A DNA stretch of 35,903 nt from positions 1 to 35,903 of the IMG/VR virus record IMGVR_UViG_3300011444_000018; one strand, 5' to 3'. The position numbers and the translations under genes are program-made. Numbering within the stretch: position 1 is the stretch's first letter; every line of letters starts with the position of its first letter. Source of the stretch: a virus (taxonomy: Duplodnaviria > Caudoviricetes). A model generated the notes under the pieces. It was not told the origin of the DNA. It saw nothing but the letters and a program-made list of their open reading frames with translations, and did not search any database. Shown here piece after piece: positions 15,984 to 25,248 of this stretch.

Positions 15984-16358
15984 TTAGCGCAAATTTTCGA
16001 GCCGCGTATAGTGGGCTTGGTGCACCTGGAGTGCGCCCAATATATCTATATGCCGCGAAAGTAACGCATACAGCCTAGTCAACTCGACGCGGGCGATCCG
16101 GACATCTTCCGGCGCTATCCCGGCGCGCCGGCGCACATGGCGCATTACGCGCGACACGAGCGCCGCCCAAGATCCGACCACTATCAATCGACCGCACGGA
16201 TAGCACGCAGCCCAATGTCCGCCCGATTCGCGGGAGAAGGCGTTTCGATTGTCCCAAAGGAAGTTAGAACAGGGGAAGAGTTTGTCAACGGCGGTGCGCC
16301 CGCAAAAGTCACAATGCTTACCGCCGCGCGGGAGGCGGTGCTTTACTTCCGGCCTCAT
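15984..16358 (-). CDS. Hypothetical Zn-finger protein
   Basis: CDFC...WAACYPC motifs. Confidence 0.65.
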   Translation of the reverse strand: MRPEVKHRLPRGGKHCDFCGRTAVDKLFPCSNFLWDNRNAFSRESGGHWAACYPCGRLIVVGSWAALVSRVMRHVRRRAGIAPEDVRIARVELTRLYALLSRHIDILGALQVHQAHYTRLENLR

Positions 16359-16441
16359 TACGTTCCGTCCCTTTACTTCCACAAACCAGACTTAATTATC
16401 AAACAGACTAGCACAATTCGGGAGGATACAGAAATCCGTTA

Positions 16442-16996
16442 TTACCTAATCCTGAGGTTACGGGCCGCGCGGCCCGCCGCTCGGAAGATATGGGATTTGA
16501 CATTCGCTTTGGACAAGTTAAGCTTTTGTGCCACCTCCGGCGCCGTATAGCCAGCGAGCCAAAGAAGCGTACACTGTTTTTGTCGCCCGCGAAGGGTCCG
16601 GGTTATTCTCTCAGCATCCATCCGCGCCGTTACCGCCCGCGATACGTCCCGCGCGGCGGGTTGAAAACCGGGCTTCAACAATTTAGCGTCCAAGGATTCG
16701 GTTAGCGCCCGGTCGCGCTTCTGCGTCATGTACTGTCTGTGATATGAGTATGCAACATGCCGGGCAAGGACACAAGCCCACGTCGAAAACGTAGAACCAC
16801 AACGCCCCTCGAAAAGCTTGTGCCGCTCAACTATCCGGAGCCAAGCTTGCTGTAATACGTCCTCGATGTTTTCACGCCCCTGGACGATCTTCGCAATCTC
16901 GGTCACAATGACTCGGTTAGTGTCCTTGTATATCACATCGAACGCCGCCGAGTCGCCGGAGAAGGCACGGTCGATTAATTGCCTGTCGATTGCCAT
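16442..16996 (-). CDS. ECF-type RNA polymerase sigma factor
   Basis: GDSAAFDVIY, EDVLQQAWLRI, FEGR..FSTW (region 2); GYTAPEVAQKLNLSKANVKSHIFRA (region 4); AAAGGTGG RBS. Confidence 0.9.
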   Translation of the reverse strand: MAIDRQLIDRAFSGDSAAFDVIYKDTNRVIVTEIAKIVQGRENIEDVLQQAWLRIVERHKLFEGRCGSTFSTWACVLARHVAYSYHRQYMTQKRDRALTESLDAKLLKPGFQPAARDVSRAVTARMDAERITRTLRGRQKQCTLLWLAGYTAPEVAQKLNLSKANVKSHIFRAAGRAARNLRIR

Positions 16997-17065
16997 GGCG
17001 CCACCTTTCTCGCGTTATACAGCGACCGATAGTTCGCGTCAGCTATAAGGCGCGCTGAACCAAAT

Positions 17066-17293
17066 TCATCCGTTCGCCCCTTGCTGTCCGAGGATCTCGT
17101 CAATGTCGCCCTCGGCCGCCGCCCGGCCGGGGAAGTTAGCCGACCATACGGGGCCGAAGCCGACAGCGGGTTGAATGTTGATGGAGGCGCTTCGGGGAAT
17201 CTTGTACAGCGGGATGGTCCCGTCCCCGTTTACGACCGCGAGGATCGCGCCGTTAGCGGCTGTTGTGTTTGTTGCTGATGGTGGAAGAGGCAT
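17066..17293 (-). CDS. Small hypothetical protein
   Basis: AAAGGA RBS; in the sigma operon. Confidence 0.6.
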   Translation of the reverse strand: MPLPPSATNTTAANGAILAVVNGDGTIPLYKIPRSASINIQPAVGFGPVWSANFPGRAAAEGDIDEILGQQGANG

Positions 17294-17309
17294 TGTTTTT
17301 CGTCCTTTC

Positions 17310-17663
17310 TTAAAGCGCCTGTTTTATTCGTTGCGAGCAATCGACAAGGGCTTCTGTCGCCGCGCTCTCGCCTAAAGCGACTTTAGCGAGCGCCCACGCC
17401 CTAGCGTCCTTGCTCATATCCGGCCAGCATCGGAGCGCGGTGCGCTGGGCCTTCTGCTGTTGGGCCAGGATTAAGCCCCGGTCCTTGGCCGTATCCATGA
17501 ATAGAGAGATGTTTTGAATATCGAGTAAACAGAACGTGACGGCGGGAAGAGGGATAAGACGCAACTCTTGATCCTGACTCAGCACTATCTCAGCGACCTT
17601 TTCGCCGTCCCGTTCTACCGCCCAAATATTTAACGCAACTGCCGAGTACTTTAAGTGGCGCAT
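17310..17663 (-). CDS. Hypothetical protein, first gene of the sigma operon
   Basis: Start moved to ATG 17663 with AAGGAAAGAGG RBS. Confidence 0.65.
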   Translation of the reverse strand: MRHLKYSAVALNIWAVERDGEKVAEIVLSQDQELRLIPLPAVTFCLLDIQNISLFMDTAKDRGLILAQQQKAQRTALRCWPDMSKDARAWALAKVALGESAATEALVDCSQRIKQAL

Positions 17664-17688
17664 ATGACCTCTTTCCTTTCTTACGCGG

Positions 17689-17796
17689 ATACTATCATTT
17701 ATTGCGTCCATTTTACAAGGCATTTTTACGCGTCCAAAACTATGGTAACTAAAGGTTTCTTATGAATTGACAAAACATGTCACTTTTAGGTAGGAT
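17689..17796. promoter_or_regulatory. Divergent promoter pair with operator-like repeats
   Basis: Minus strand TTGTAA-N18-TAGTAT with extended TG (17718-17689); plus strand TTGACA-N18-TAGGAT (17767-17796); GCGTCCA at 17704 and 17730; TGACA-N5-TGTCA at 17768-17782. Confidence 0.65.
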
Positions 17797-17843
17797 TTCT
17801 CCCACCACGGTTTAGCTGCGAACTCTAATATGGAGAATTGACA

Positions 17844-18158
17844 ATGTACAAAAAAGTCAAGGCCACGGACATACCGAAAAGGGAGCGCAAATCAGAAAGC
17901 CGCTTTGAAAGTACCCGCGAATGGCGGGCCATGAAAGCCGACATCGACAGAGGTCTCAAACCCCAAGAGGCGCTGCAAGCCGTACTTACACCCCAAGACA
18001 AAGAGAAGTACGGGATTAAGAACCGGCGCACGATTGCGCGATTCGTTAAGAAATACCTCGCCGCGCGCGGGCTCGACTACGGGGTCAAGTCCTTTCAGCG
18101 AGAGGGCCAGGACTGGATTATTGTCCAGTACACCCCGGTCATCCGGCAGACGGCTTGA
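17844..18158 (+). CDS. Small basic protein, candidate DNA-binding regulator
   Basis: GGAG RBS and own promoter; Lys/Arg-rich; the only plus-strand gene in the right half; function inferred from position. Confidence 0.6.
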   Translation: MYKKVKATDIPKRERKSESRFESTREWRAMKADIDRGLKPQEALQAVLTPQDKEKYGIKNRRTIARFVKKYLAARGLDYGVKSFQREGQDWIIVQYTPVIRQTA

Positions 18159-18169
18159 TCCCCCCTGGC

Positions 18170-19006
18170 CTACTGCCCCAAAAAACTAATAATCGGTTGC
18201 GGAGTAAAGCATATGATCGCCGGCACGCCTACCGCGCCGGTTCCGGATACCCCGGCCAGGACGACTACAGCCGAGCCCGCAACCGCGGGCGTCCCTACCG
18301 CTCCCGTACCCGATACCCCGGCCGGCGCCGCAACGGCCGAGCCGGTCACGGTCGGCGCGCCCACGGCACCGGTACCGGATACCCCGGCCGGTGTGGTGGT
18401 CGCGTCTACCCGGAAATAAAAGGTTATGATCTCCGCCGCCCAATTAGATGCGCCTCCTTTGCCGGTTGTCCCCGTCGTGTCACTACTATAAGAGCCCGCG
18501 GACGAAACAATCTGGTATTGGGTTATCCCGCTCGTAAGATTCTCGGCTTGTGTGTAACTGGCGCCGTGGGTGGTTGATAACTGCCCCGTATTTGCGAACT
18601 CAAAGCCGAAGAGCAATTCGTCGGGAAAATTAGTTGTTACGCTTCCACTGTTGTGCGTATTACCCGAACCGGTCGCGCTATTCGATACGTCGAAGGCACT
18701 GACGCTAGAGAACTCATGAATCGCAAGCTTGCTTACTCCGCCGCTTGATGTGGCGGTAACCGTGTTCGGCCCGGCCGCAATGTTGAACGCATAGAAAACT
18801 TGTCCGCAAGCCGGGGTCCCTCCGCTAGCGTTGTTTATTTGTGCTAGCGACGCGTATGTATTCCCTTGCGAGTCGCTACAGGTAAACGTTGACCCCGTCG
18901 CGGTCTGATCTATGACCACAACGACAATCATATTCCCGGTCACATTGTCGCTACTGAATGCCAGAGACCCTGAGGCGGCGCTGCGAGATTGTACAAACGA
19001 GATCAT
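18170..19006 (-). CDS. Tail fibre / receptor-binding-like beta-rich protein with C-terminal repeats
   Basis: Ser/Thr/Gly-rich; three AGVSGTGAVG repeats at 22-aa period; end of the tail operon. Confidence 0.6.
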   Translation of the reverse strand: MISFVQSRSAASGSLAFSSDNVTGNMIVVVVIDQTATGSTFTCSDSQGNTYASLAQINNASGGTPACGQVFYAFNIAAGPNTVTATSSGGVSKLAIHEFSSVSAFDVSNSATGSGNTHNSGSVTTNFPDELLFGFEFANTGQLSTTHGASYTQAENLTSGITQYQIVSSAGSYSSDTTGTTGKGGASNWAAEIITFYFRVDATTTPAGVSGTGAVGAPTVTGSAVAAPAGVSGTGAVGTPAVAGSAVVVLAGVSGTGAVGVPAIICFTPQPIISFLGQ

Positions 19007-19368
19007 AGCGGTTCCCTGTTCTGTAACTTCGCTTCGTCGAGTATCGCGTCCCGAAGCTTTTCATAACCATCGGGCGCCCGGTGCGCGCCCTTTGACCACG
19101 AATACTGACAGACGTGCAGCGCACAAAGCGGCCGGAGGTGCGCCGGAACAATACACCCGGCAGAGCCCATGAACGGTAAGTCCGGGTTGCCAGTGCTCTG
19201 CAATGTTATCCCGTACTTCTCACGTGCGAACCGGGCCGCCGCGAGACACGCGTCTCGGACGCAACACCGATACTGCCCGGCGCGGCCGGCGCACTCATCC
19301 GCACCGCGCTCGCAGATGTCGCCGGTGATAGCGACCATCTGTTGATAAAGTATAGGAAGAAGGTCCAA
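19003..19368 (-). CDS. Cys-rich protein, YkgJ/CxxCxxCC-like metal-cluster family
   Basis: C...C...CC...C, then GC.V...RPLCALHVC; probable TTG start at 19368; ATGA coupling downstream. Confidence 0.5.
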   Translation of the reverse strand: MDLLPILYQQMVAITGDICERGADECAGRAGQYRCCVRDACLAAARFAREKYGITLQSTGNPDLPFMGSAGCIVPAHLRPLCALHVCQYSWSKGAHRAPDGYEKLRDAILDEAKLQNREPL

Positions 19369-19372
19369 AGGG

Positions 19373-19825
19373 TTAAGCCCACCTAACAATCGCGTTGGAC
19401 GCGTCCGGTGTTGGCATCTGAATTTGAAACGTACCGTTTGTGTCCGTGATTGTCCCGCCGAAGTCAATTACGGCGACGATCTTGTTAGACCGCGAACTGT
19501 TGTAAATGATGGCACCAATCGCCGAGATGGACGACGCAGTCCAGGTAACGTCGTCGAAGTCAATAAAGGCCGTCGTTCCGGAACTAGTCGAAGCGAACCC
19601 GGTAAGGGCCTTGCCGCCAGAACTGTAGCCCGTTCCGGACGCCTCATCCGTGCCGACATTCGAGGACGAGGGTGAGCCGGACCCCGGCGTACCGACGTTA
19701 GTGTTGCCGGCGTTGTACGCTCCGGTAGGAGAGGGTTTAATCAAGAGGATCTTATAGGTGTCCGTGTCCAGGTGGACGCCCTTGAATGCCTCGACTTTGT
19801 AAGATGTTGCTATTGCGCTTGTCAT
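19373..19825 (-). CDS. Virion structural / minor tail protein
   Basis: DTYKILL, GTGYSSGG, FDDVTW, GAIIYN, VIDFGG pattern common in phage virion proteins. Confidence 0.7.
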   Translation of the reverse strand: MTSAIATSYKVEAFKGVHLDTDTYKILLIKPSPTGAYNAGNTNVGTPGSGSPSSSNVGTDEASGTGYSSGGKALTGFASTSSGTTAFIDFDDVTWTASSISAIGAIIYNSSRSNKIVAVIDFGGTITDTNGTFQIQMPTPDASNAIVRWA

Positions 19826-19836
19826 TAGGTTGCCCC

Positions 19837-20223
19837 TTAAGAGAGTCTCATTGCAGAGAGCGTGATAGCGATACCGGCCGCTGTCGCATCCGCCGAGGCG
19901 GGCGCCTGTACAGATATAATGTCGCCGGTGTTAAATGTTGTGTCCGAGGACAGGGAAAACGTCGCATTACTGCCACCCGCCGCGAAGGTCATCGTACCTA
20001 TCTGCGCGCCGTTCTTTTTGATCTTGAAGACCGTGGACGCCGTCGCCTCTACCGCGAGTGTCGCGATACTGCCGACGCAGTTTTGCGGTAGAACGAACGA
20101 CCGCACCACATTGATACGAACCATCTCCTGATTGCTGTTAAGAACGCCCGGAAAGAAAATAGTAATCGGATAGTCCGCCCGAAGACGCCCCGAAGACCCG
20201 CTAGTTACTATGAAGTCGCTCAT
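19837..20223 (-). CDS. Beta-sandwich tail-associated protein
   Basis: Context and FKIKKNG...GTMTFAAG...GDIISV pattern. Confidence 0.6.
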   Translation of the reverse strand: MSDFIVTSGSSGRLRADYPITIFFPGVLNSNQEMVRINVVRSFVLPQNCVGSIATLAVEATASTVFKIKKNGAQIGTMTFAAGGSNATFSLSSDTTFNTGDIISVQAPASADATAAGIAITLSAMRLS

Positions 20224-20483
20224 ATTTTCCTCAGGTCGTGCTCTTTAGTCTTGATCTTGATGCCTTGCAGATGTTTACTAGCCGCATTAACCGCCGAGTG
20301 CTTCCGCGCAACCGCGTCGTGATGTGCTTCGACCTTGGCCTCTAGCTGACCCGGAGATAGCCCGGCCGCCTTGGCTATAGTCATCGTACTATCACTCTTC
20401 GGGTCGCCACAACAGCGGATGGTAACGGCTATGCGCTCGTCGCCAATTTGCTCTTGCTTAACAATTTCTGTCTTATGTGACAT
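20220..20483 (-). CDS. Hypothetical protein
   Basis: GGGGA RBS; ATGA coupling. Confidence 0.6.
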   Translation of the reverse strand: MSHKTEIVKQEQIGDERIAVTIRCCGDPKSDSTMTIAKAAGLSPGQLEAKVEAHHDAVARKHSAVNAASKHLQGIKIKTKEHDLRKI

Positions 20484-20492
20484 AGCTTCCCC

Positions 20493-23400
20493 TTACTCGT
20501 AAAACTCTACCCACGCCTCGTAAATATCGAGCTGCACGGTTCCCGTGGTCACGTCTCCCCATTGTGCCGTTACAGATCCAACTACCCGGAGAGCATTCAG
20601 GTTGACATTGGTGGGTAGAGTGTCTGTAAACATCTGCACGGCAACGGTCGAGAATGAGCTCTCAATCTTCAAAATGAAAGTTCCGCCGTTTCCCTTATCA
20701 TCTAGCCAACCGAGAGATGCCACGTTAAAACCCGAGCCGCCGTCAACTGAATTAGTTGGCAAGGCCGCAATGCAATTGATCGTTGCATGTGACCACGCGC
20801 GCGTAACCGGAGGTAGAGCGCTGATGGTAATAATGGCCGCCCCCGACAACGCCCCGCCCGCAACAGACTTGATGCTGCCTATCGTTGTAGCGTCGGTGTC
20901 AATCGTATTACTAGGACTTATATAGTGGCCGCTGATAGCCGTGCTCGGGTTAACGTTGGTAAAGAACAGCCGGGTAATAGACCCCGTGTGTGCCGTTGCT
21001 CCGCCGTCGTTGTAACCAATCGTGTCTACTGCCCCGGCTTTGGGTGTGCGGATAGAGCCTACGAACCAAGAAGCGCCACTGGCGATAGCGTCCTCTTTCG
21101 TCGTTGACTCCAGGAAGGTCACAGAGCCGCCCGCCAATGTAAGGTCGTCGTAGTAGACAAAATAAAGCGTGTCATATGAAAGTGTCGTAATTGAGCCGGA
21201 GCTGATGGGGATATCCGTATACCCCGCGTTCGTGTTGGGGATGCGCATGTCAAAACCGGCAATGTTGATTGTGGCATGGCTGCCGGCATCATGCGCCGTG
21301 AGCGGGTTTGATGTCGGACGATAGGCCGAGTGTGCGGCGCTCCGTGCGAGGCGTCCGCTCGCGCTGTCGTCAATGGTCTTGCCGAGTGACAGAGTACCGT
21401 CCGCCTTATCATAGAAGCCGGGGAAGTCTCCTGTTAGAACAATCGAACCGGATGTAAGGTCGCCGAGGTCTTGGAGACGGAGACTCATCTTATTGAAAGA
21501 CGCCGCCTTAAAAAATAGGTCGCTTCCGTCCCGGCTCGCGGGGTAACTGTACTCGATAAAGTCTTGGCCCAACTCAATAACACCATCGCTGGCCGAATGC
21601 GAAGCCCGAGTCGTCCCGAACAAGCCCCGGTGAAAATGGTCAAGGGTATATTCATTCTCGCCGGTAAGTGTTGCATTCTTGTATGCGACTATCTCGACAT
21701 CACTTCCGCTTATAATTGCCAGCAGACTTAGAAGATTGTCGAAGTCGGTCGATGATGGTTGAGGTATCTGCAAGCCGCTCGCGACGACTACGGTTATGGA
21801 TTGGGTGTCCGGGTCGCCGGTCCCTGTAGTCATGCCGGAGCCGCTCAACTCACCGAAGACGACCGGGGCGGTGATGCGGCCGCGTGGGATAAATTCCGCA
21901 TCGTCATCCGAAGTAAACAATATGCATCCGCCCCAATTGCTCGGCGTCTGCGGACTCGCATAGAAGCGCACAATCCGGCCGGCAAACCCGTTCATTAAGT
22001 CCGGTATTTCGAGCGCAACAATGTCCGCGTCCCCTGGATTGATAAGCGCCGGGTTCGCATTCTGCGCTTGCGGCGTCATCTTCGGGTACAGAGTCGGCTT
22101 GCTTACCCCATACGGAAACTCTTCGAGCGTGAGCGCGAGCCCCGAATGGTCATCTTCTATCGAGAGAATGCGAAGGGGCTTGTTGTCCCACCCCATCGGC
22201 GCGAATGTTATGGTGATAAGTTTCATCGGCGCGATTAAAGGCCGATACCGCGTCGTGACTGTCATAGTGAACTTGTCGCGGACGGTCGTCATGCGCTTGA
22301 GCCGGAGGTTCGCGGCCATCTGTGCGACGTTCGCGGCGCGGATGAAACTCCAGTCTTGCTGCGCCTCTTCATTTAGCCCGTACTTCTGAACAGACGCGGG
22401 GTCGTCTTCCATAATCACGTCGGTGTTATAGTCGTTGATCGTGTTAAGATATTCGACCTTAACTCGGTTGAAGACGTGATTTTCAGGTTCGGTCTCAACC
22501 TTGACGGGCTCGGCGGCTTCTCCGGATACGAAGTCGGACGTATCGAACTCGACGACTGGTTGAGTGTCGGGCAGGTATATCGCCCCATTACCGGCGAAGG
22601 ACGTGTCCCCGTACACTGCGATTTGAAGTTGTCCATCATTCCAGAACCGGACGGCTTGTCCGGCGTCGAGAATCGCGTCGATAACGTCCCACGCTGTACG
22701 CTGTGTATCCTGGAGTAGCGATATAAAGAAGCCGTGCGCTTGCCAGAAAGTGCGGGCATTGCTCCAGTCACCCAATAGCGCCGGGTCGATGCCGACGCCC
22801 CAAACCGGGTCGGTAAGTATCGCCTCGATTACGTCGGCCGGGTTGCAATCATCATTGCCGGCGCCCGCCGCATATTGTGGTGTGAATCCCTCAAAAGATA
22901 ATTGGGGCATCGCGGCCGTGCTGCCTAGTTCAAGGTCCGCTGATTGCACGAGGGCAACGTTCGGGTGAGCAAGCGCGGCGTCCGCGTGACGGCCGGTAAG
23001 ATAAGACCAAGCCGTCTGTGCGGGCGTACCCTTGATAAGACTCCAATTCATGATGCTTGAAGAGGGGTCGCTATTCGGGTCCGCGCTGTCGTATGTGATA
23101 ACGACCGTCTCCCCCTCGTCTGCCGTTGCGAACTGGAAATCGCCAGAGTTATCCGCCGAGTAATGACCGGCGACGGCATGGTCACCCGGCCCGAAGAGTT
23201 GATCTCCGGTACTGGCGTAATTGACGCGGGAGTCCCCACGATAATTTGTCGTGTCCGGGACGGTGTACGCGCCGCCGCTCGGTATGACGATTTCAGCCGT
23301 TAGGCGGACGGTTGCGAAATTCGTCGAGTAATAGATTGTTACCGTCTTGCCGGCGTCCGCCGCCGCGAAGGTATAACGGGTCACCCCGGCCGAGGGGGAA

Positions 23401-23945
23401 GATATGACATACACGCCCGCACTCGCGACTGAACCGGGTGAGCCCGGTGTCTGATATGTCCCGGACAGTGTCCCGGAAGTTCCGCCGAAGTCATCGAAAA
23501 CTTGACTGTATGCTGCGTGAAATCCGACGCCCTTGTCCCCGATAAAGCCGCCGTCCGATATGTCGATGTGTCCGCCGCCGCCCGGAATGGTAAAGTCTTG
23601 GGACAACTGCGTTACGGGGACTTTGCCGGCCGATGTCCACACCGCGTCGATATGGTCAATCTCGCCGAAGCCTAGCAGCGCCTGATACGCCGTGCTGTAC
23701 GTGTACGAGGTCGTCGCGGGCGTTGAGCCTCCGGCGCCTACGCCCTTACCTATGTGCGCGCCGGGCGTTGTGTGCGTCGTGCGAAGGAAGTCGAATAGCC
23801 CAATGAGACATTGTACAAATCGGTTCTTGCCGATGCCGATCGTGACGACGTTCCCATATGTCGAGCTGTTGACCCGGACGCCGTTAAGTACTTGCGTGTT
23901 TGCGGCCGGCATCTTTGCGGACTTGTGACCGAAGAGAATAGCCAT
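20493..23945 (-). CDS. Tail tip / host-specificity protein (gpJ / GTA megatron-like)
   Basis: 1150 aa; NSSTYG, PQLSFE, NPADVIEAILTD, FNRVKVEY, RGLFGT; follows NlpC/P60. Confidence 0.85.
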   Translation of the reverse strand: MAILFGHKSAKMPAANTQVLNGVRVNSSTYGNVVTIGIGKNRFVQCLIGLFDFLRTTHTTPGAHIGKGVGAGGSTPATTSYTYSTAYQALLGFGEIDHIDAVWTSAGKVPVTQLSQDFTIPGGGGHIDISDGGFIGDKGVGFHAAYSQVFDDFGGTSGTLSGTYQTPGSPGSVASAGVYVISSPSAGVTRYTFAAADAGKTVTIYYSTNFATVRLTAEIVIPSGGAYTVPDTTNYRGDSRVNYASTGDQLFGPGDHAVAGHYSADNSGDFQFATADEGETVVITYDSADPNSDPSSSIMNWSLIKGTPAQTAWSYLTGRHADAALAHPNVALVQSADLELGSTAAMPQLSFEGFTPQYAAGAGNDDCNPADVIEAILTDPVWGVGIDPALLGDWSNARTFWQAHGFFISLLQDTQRTAWDVIDAILDAGQAVRFWNDGQLQIAVYGDTSFAGNGAIYLPDTQPVVEFDTSDFVSGEAAEPVKVETEPENHVFNRVKVEYLNTINDYNTDVIMEDDPASVQKYGLNEEAQQDWSFIRAANVAQMAANLRLKRMTTVRDKFTMTVTTRYRPLIAPMKLITITFAPMGWDNKPLRILSIEDDHSGLALTLEEFPYGVSKPTLYPKMTPQAQNANPALINPGDADIVALEIPDLMNGFAGRIVRFYASPQTPSNWGGCILFTSDDDAEFIPRGRITAPVVFGELSGSGMTTGTGDPDTQSITVVVASGLQIPQPSSTDFDNLLSLLAIISGSDVEIVAYKNATLTGENEYTLDHFHRGLFGTTRASHSASDGVIELGQDFIEYSYPASRDGSDLFFKAASFNKMSLRLQDLGDLTSGSIVLTGDFPGFYDKADGTLSLGKTIDDSASGRLARSAAHSAYRPTSNPLTAHDAGSHATINIAGFDMRIPNTNAGYTDIPISSGSITTLSYDTLYFVYYDDLTLAGGSVTFLESTTKEDAIASGASWFVGSIRTPKAGAVDTIGYNDGGATAHTGSITRLFFTNVNPSTAISGHYISPSNTIDTDATTIGSIKSVAGGALSGAAIITISALPPVTRAWSHATINCIAALPTNSVDGGSGFNVASLGWLDDKGNGGTFILKIESSFSTVAVQMFTDTLPTNVNLNALRVVGSVTAQWGDVTTGTVQLDIYEAWVEFYE

Positions 23946-24382
23946 TACTCACCCCCACGAAGCCGGAAGAAGCGGCGCGGCTTGCTCTTTAGGAAATCGT
24001 CATTGCCCGGCGTCATGATTACGCCGCGCTTTTCAGTAGCGTGTATGACGCTGTCCGGCCAAGACACAACAATTGCGGCGTGCATCCAGCCATGAGAGGT
24101 CTTATAGAGCACAACGTCGCCGGGCCGGACATCGGCTTCTTGGATTTCGTCGCAGAACTGTAAGAGCACATCGACATATTCAGTTCCGTGCGGGACAACA
24201 GTGCTGTAGTCCTTGCGAATATCGAACTGGGGTATCACCCCGGCGCCCGCTGTCACCCCGATAAGTAGTTGCGCACAGTCCACGCCGGCGCCCTTGATGC
24301 GTGCGTGATCGTGAAAGGGTGTCCCGAGCCACGTTCGGGCCTCGGCAAGTACCGCCTCGATTTGTTCTCTCGTAAGGGACAT
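23945..24382 (-). CDS. NlpC/P60 tail-associated peptidase
   Basis: ARTWLGTPF, GVDCAQL, PGDVVLY, HAAI and IHA motifs. Confidence 0.92.
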   Translation of the reverse strand: MSLTREQIEAVLAEARTWLGTPFHDHARIKGAGVDCAQLLIGVTAGAGVIPQFDIRKDYSTVVPHGTEYVDVLLQFCDEIQEADVRPGDVVLYKTSHGWMHAAIVVSWPDSVIHATEKRGVIMTPGNDDFLKSKPRRFFRLRGGE

Positions 24383-25248
24383 TAGCTTCCTGTCGCATTT
24401 ATGGCACCGGCCGGGCCGGGCACATTCGGGAATCCGCCGAAGTTATGCCGGTTGTCAAACTTAAACTCACACGTTGATCGCTGCCCGTCACATCCCGGAA
24501 ATAGAGTCCCGGTATCGCCCGGCGAGGCTTCTAAAGCGAAGGGCGCGAGCTCTAAATGGGTGCTATCTATCTGGTTGGCAACCGTGATGGGCCACCCGCT
24601 CGCCTCGCCGGAGGTCGGAACGAAGAAGCCGCGCGAATATGGTAGTGTGTCGGTACCGACCGAGCCGAGTGGCGAGGATACGACGGCGTTAAGCGGTGTC
24701 GTTCCGGACGCCAGAGTCACAGATACAGCGAAGTCTCCCTTGTCCAGAGTGCAGCCCCGATCAAAGAGCGTATGTGGGCACCCGGCGCATATGACGCGCG
24801 TCGGCCACGGCTTGAGCCCGAGATAGCCGTAGTCGGCACACTTGAAAGTGGCATGAGTGCTCTCGGCGTTCGGTTGAATGATTTGCCCGGCGAATATCGT
24901 CTTAGACCCGATGACCACGAGTGAGTTATCGAGGACGGCCGTCTTAATTACAACCGCCGCGCGAGCAAACAGTTTCGTCAACCGGAGGACCGGCCGGGAC
25001 GTGCCGGGGAAGAGAATGTCTGCCCCCGCCGTAAGGGTGATGTCCGTCTCGGTCACGGTATTGAGTTCCGACATGACCGGGCCGCGTTCCCATTTGCCGT
25101 AACGGGTTGCGTAAAACGTGTCCCCGTTAACAATTATGTCTTGCTGATGCGAGGTGCCTCGGAGAATGATCCCGTTCGGAAGCGTTACCTGGATACAGTC
25201 CACCTCAAGCCAAGAGCTATTCGCGAGCACGAAATCGACTAGGGTCAT
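24382..25248 (-). CDS. Baseplate hub / gpL-like protein (DUF2163, BR0599 family)
   Basis: CPHTLFDRGC and PGCD...C..KFDN..NFGGFPNVP motifs. Confidence 0.88.
   Translation of the reverse strand: MTLVDFVLANSSWLEVDCIQVTLPNGIILRGTSHQQDIIVNGDTFYATRYGKWERGPVMSELNTVTETDITLTAGADILFPGTSRPVLRLTKLFARAAVVIKTAVLDNSLVVIGSKTIFAGQIIQPNAESTHATFKCADYGYLGLKPWPTRVICAGCPHTLFDRGCTLDKGDFAVSVTLASGTTPLNAVVSSPLGSVGTDTLPYSRGFFVPTSGEASGWPITVANQIDSTHLELAPFALEASPGDTGTLFPGCDGQRSTCEFKFDNRHNFGGFPNVPGPAGAINATGS

Noticed and set aside
18170-23945. Diversity-generating retroelement or invertible tail-fibre cassette
   Set aside because: No reverse transcriptase, no TR/VR pair, no invertase and no flanking inverted repeats seen
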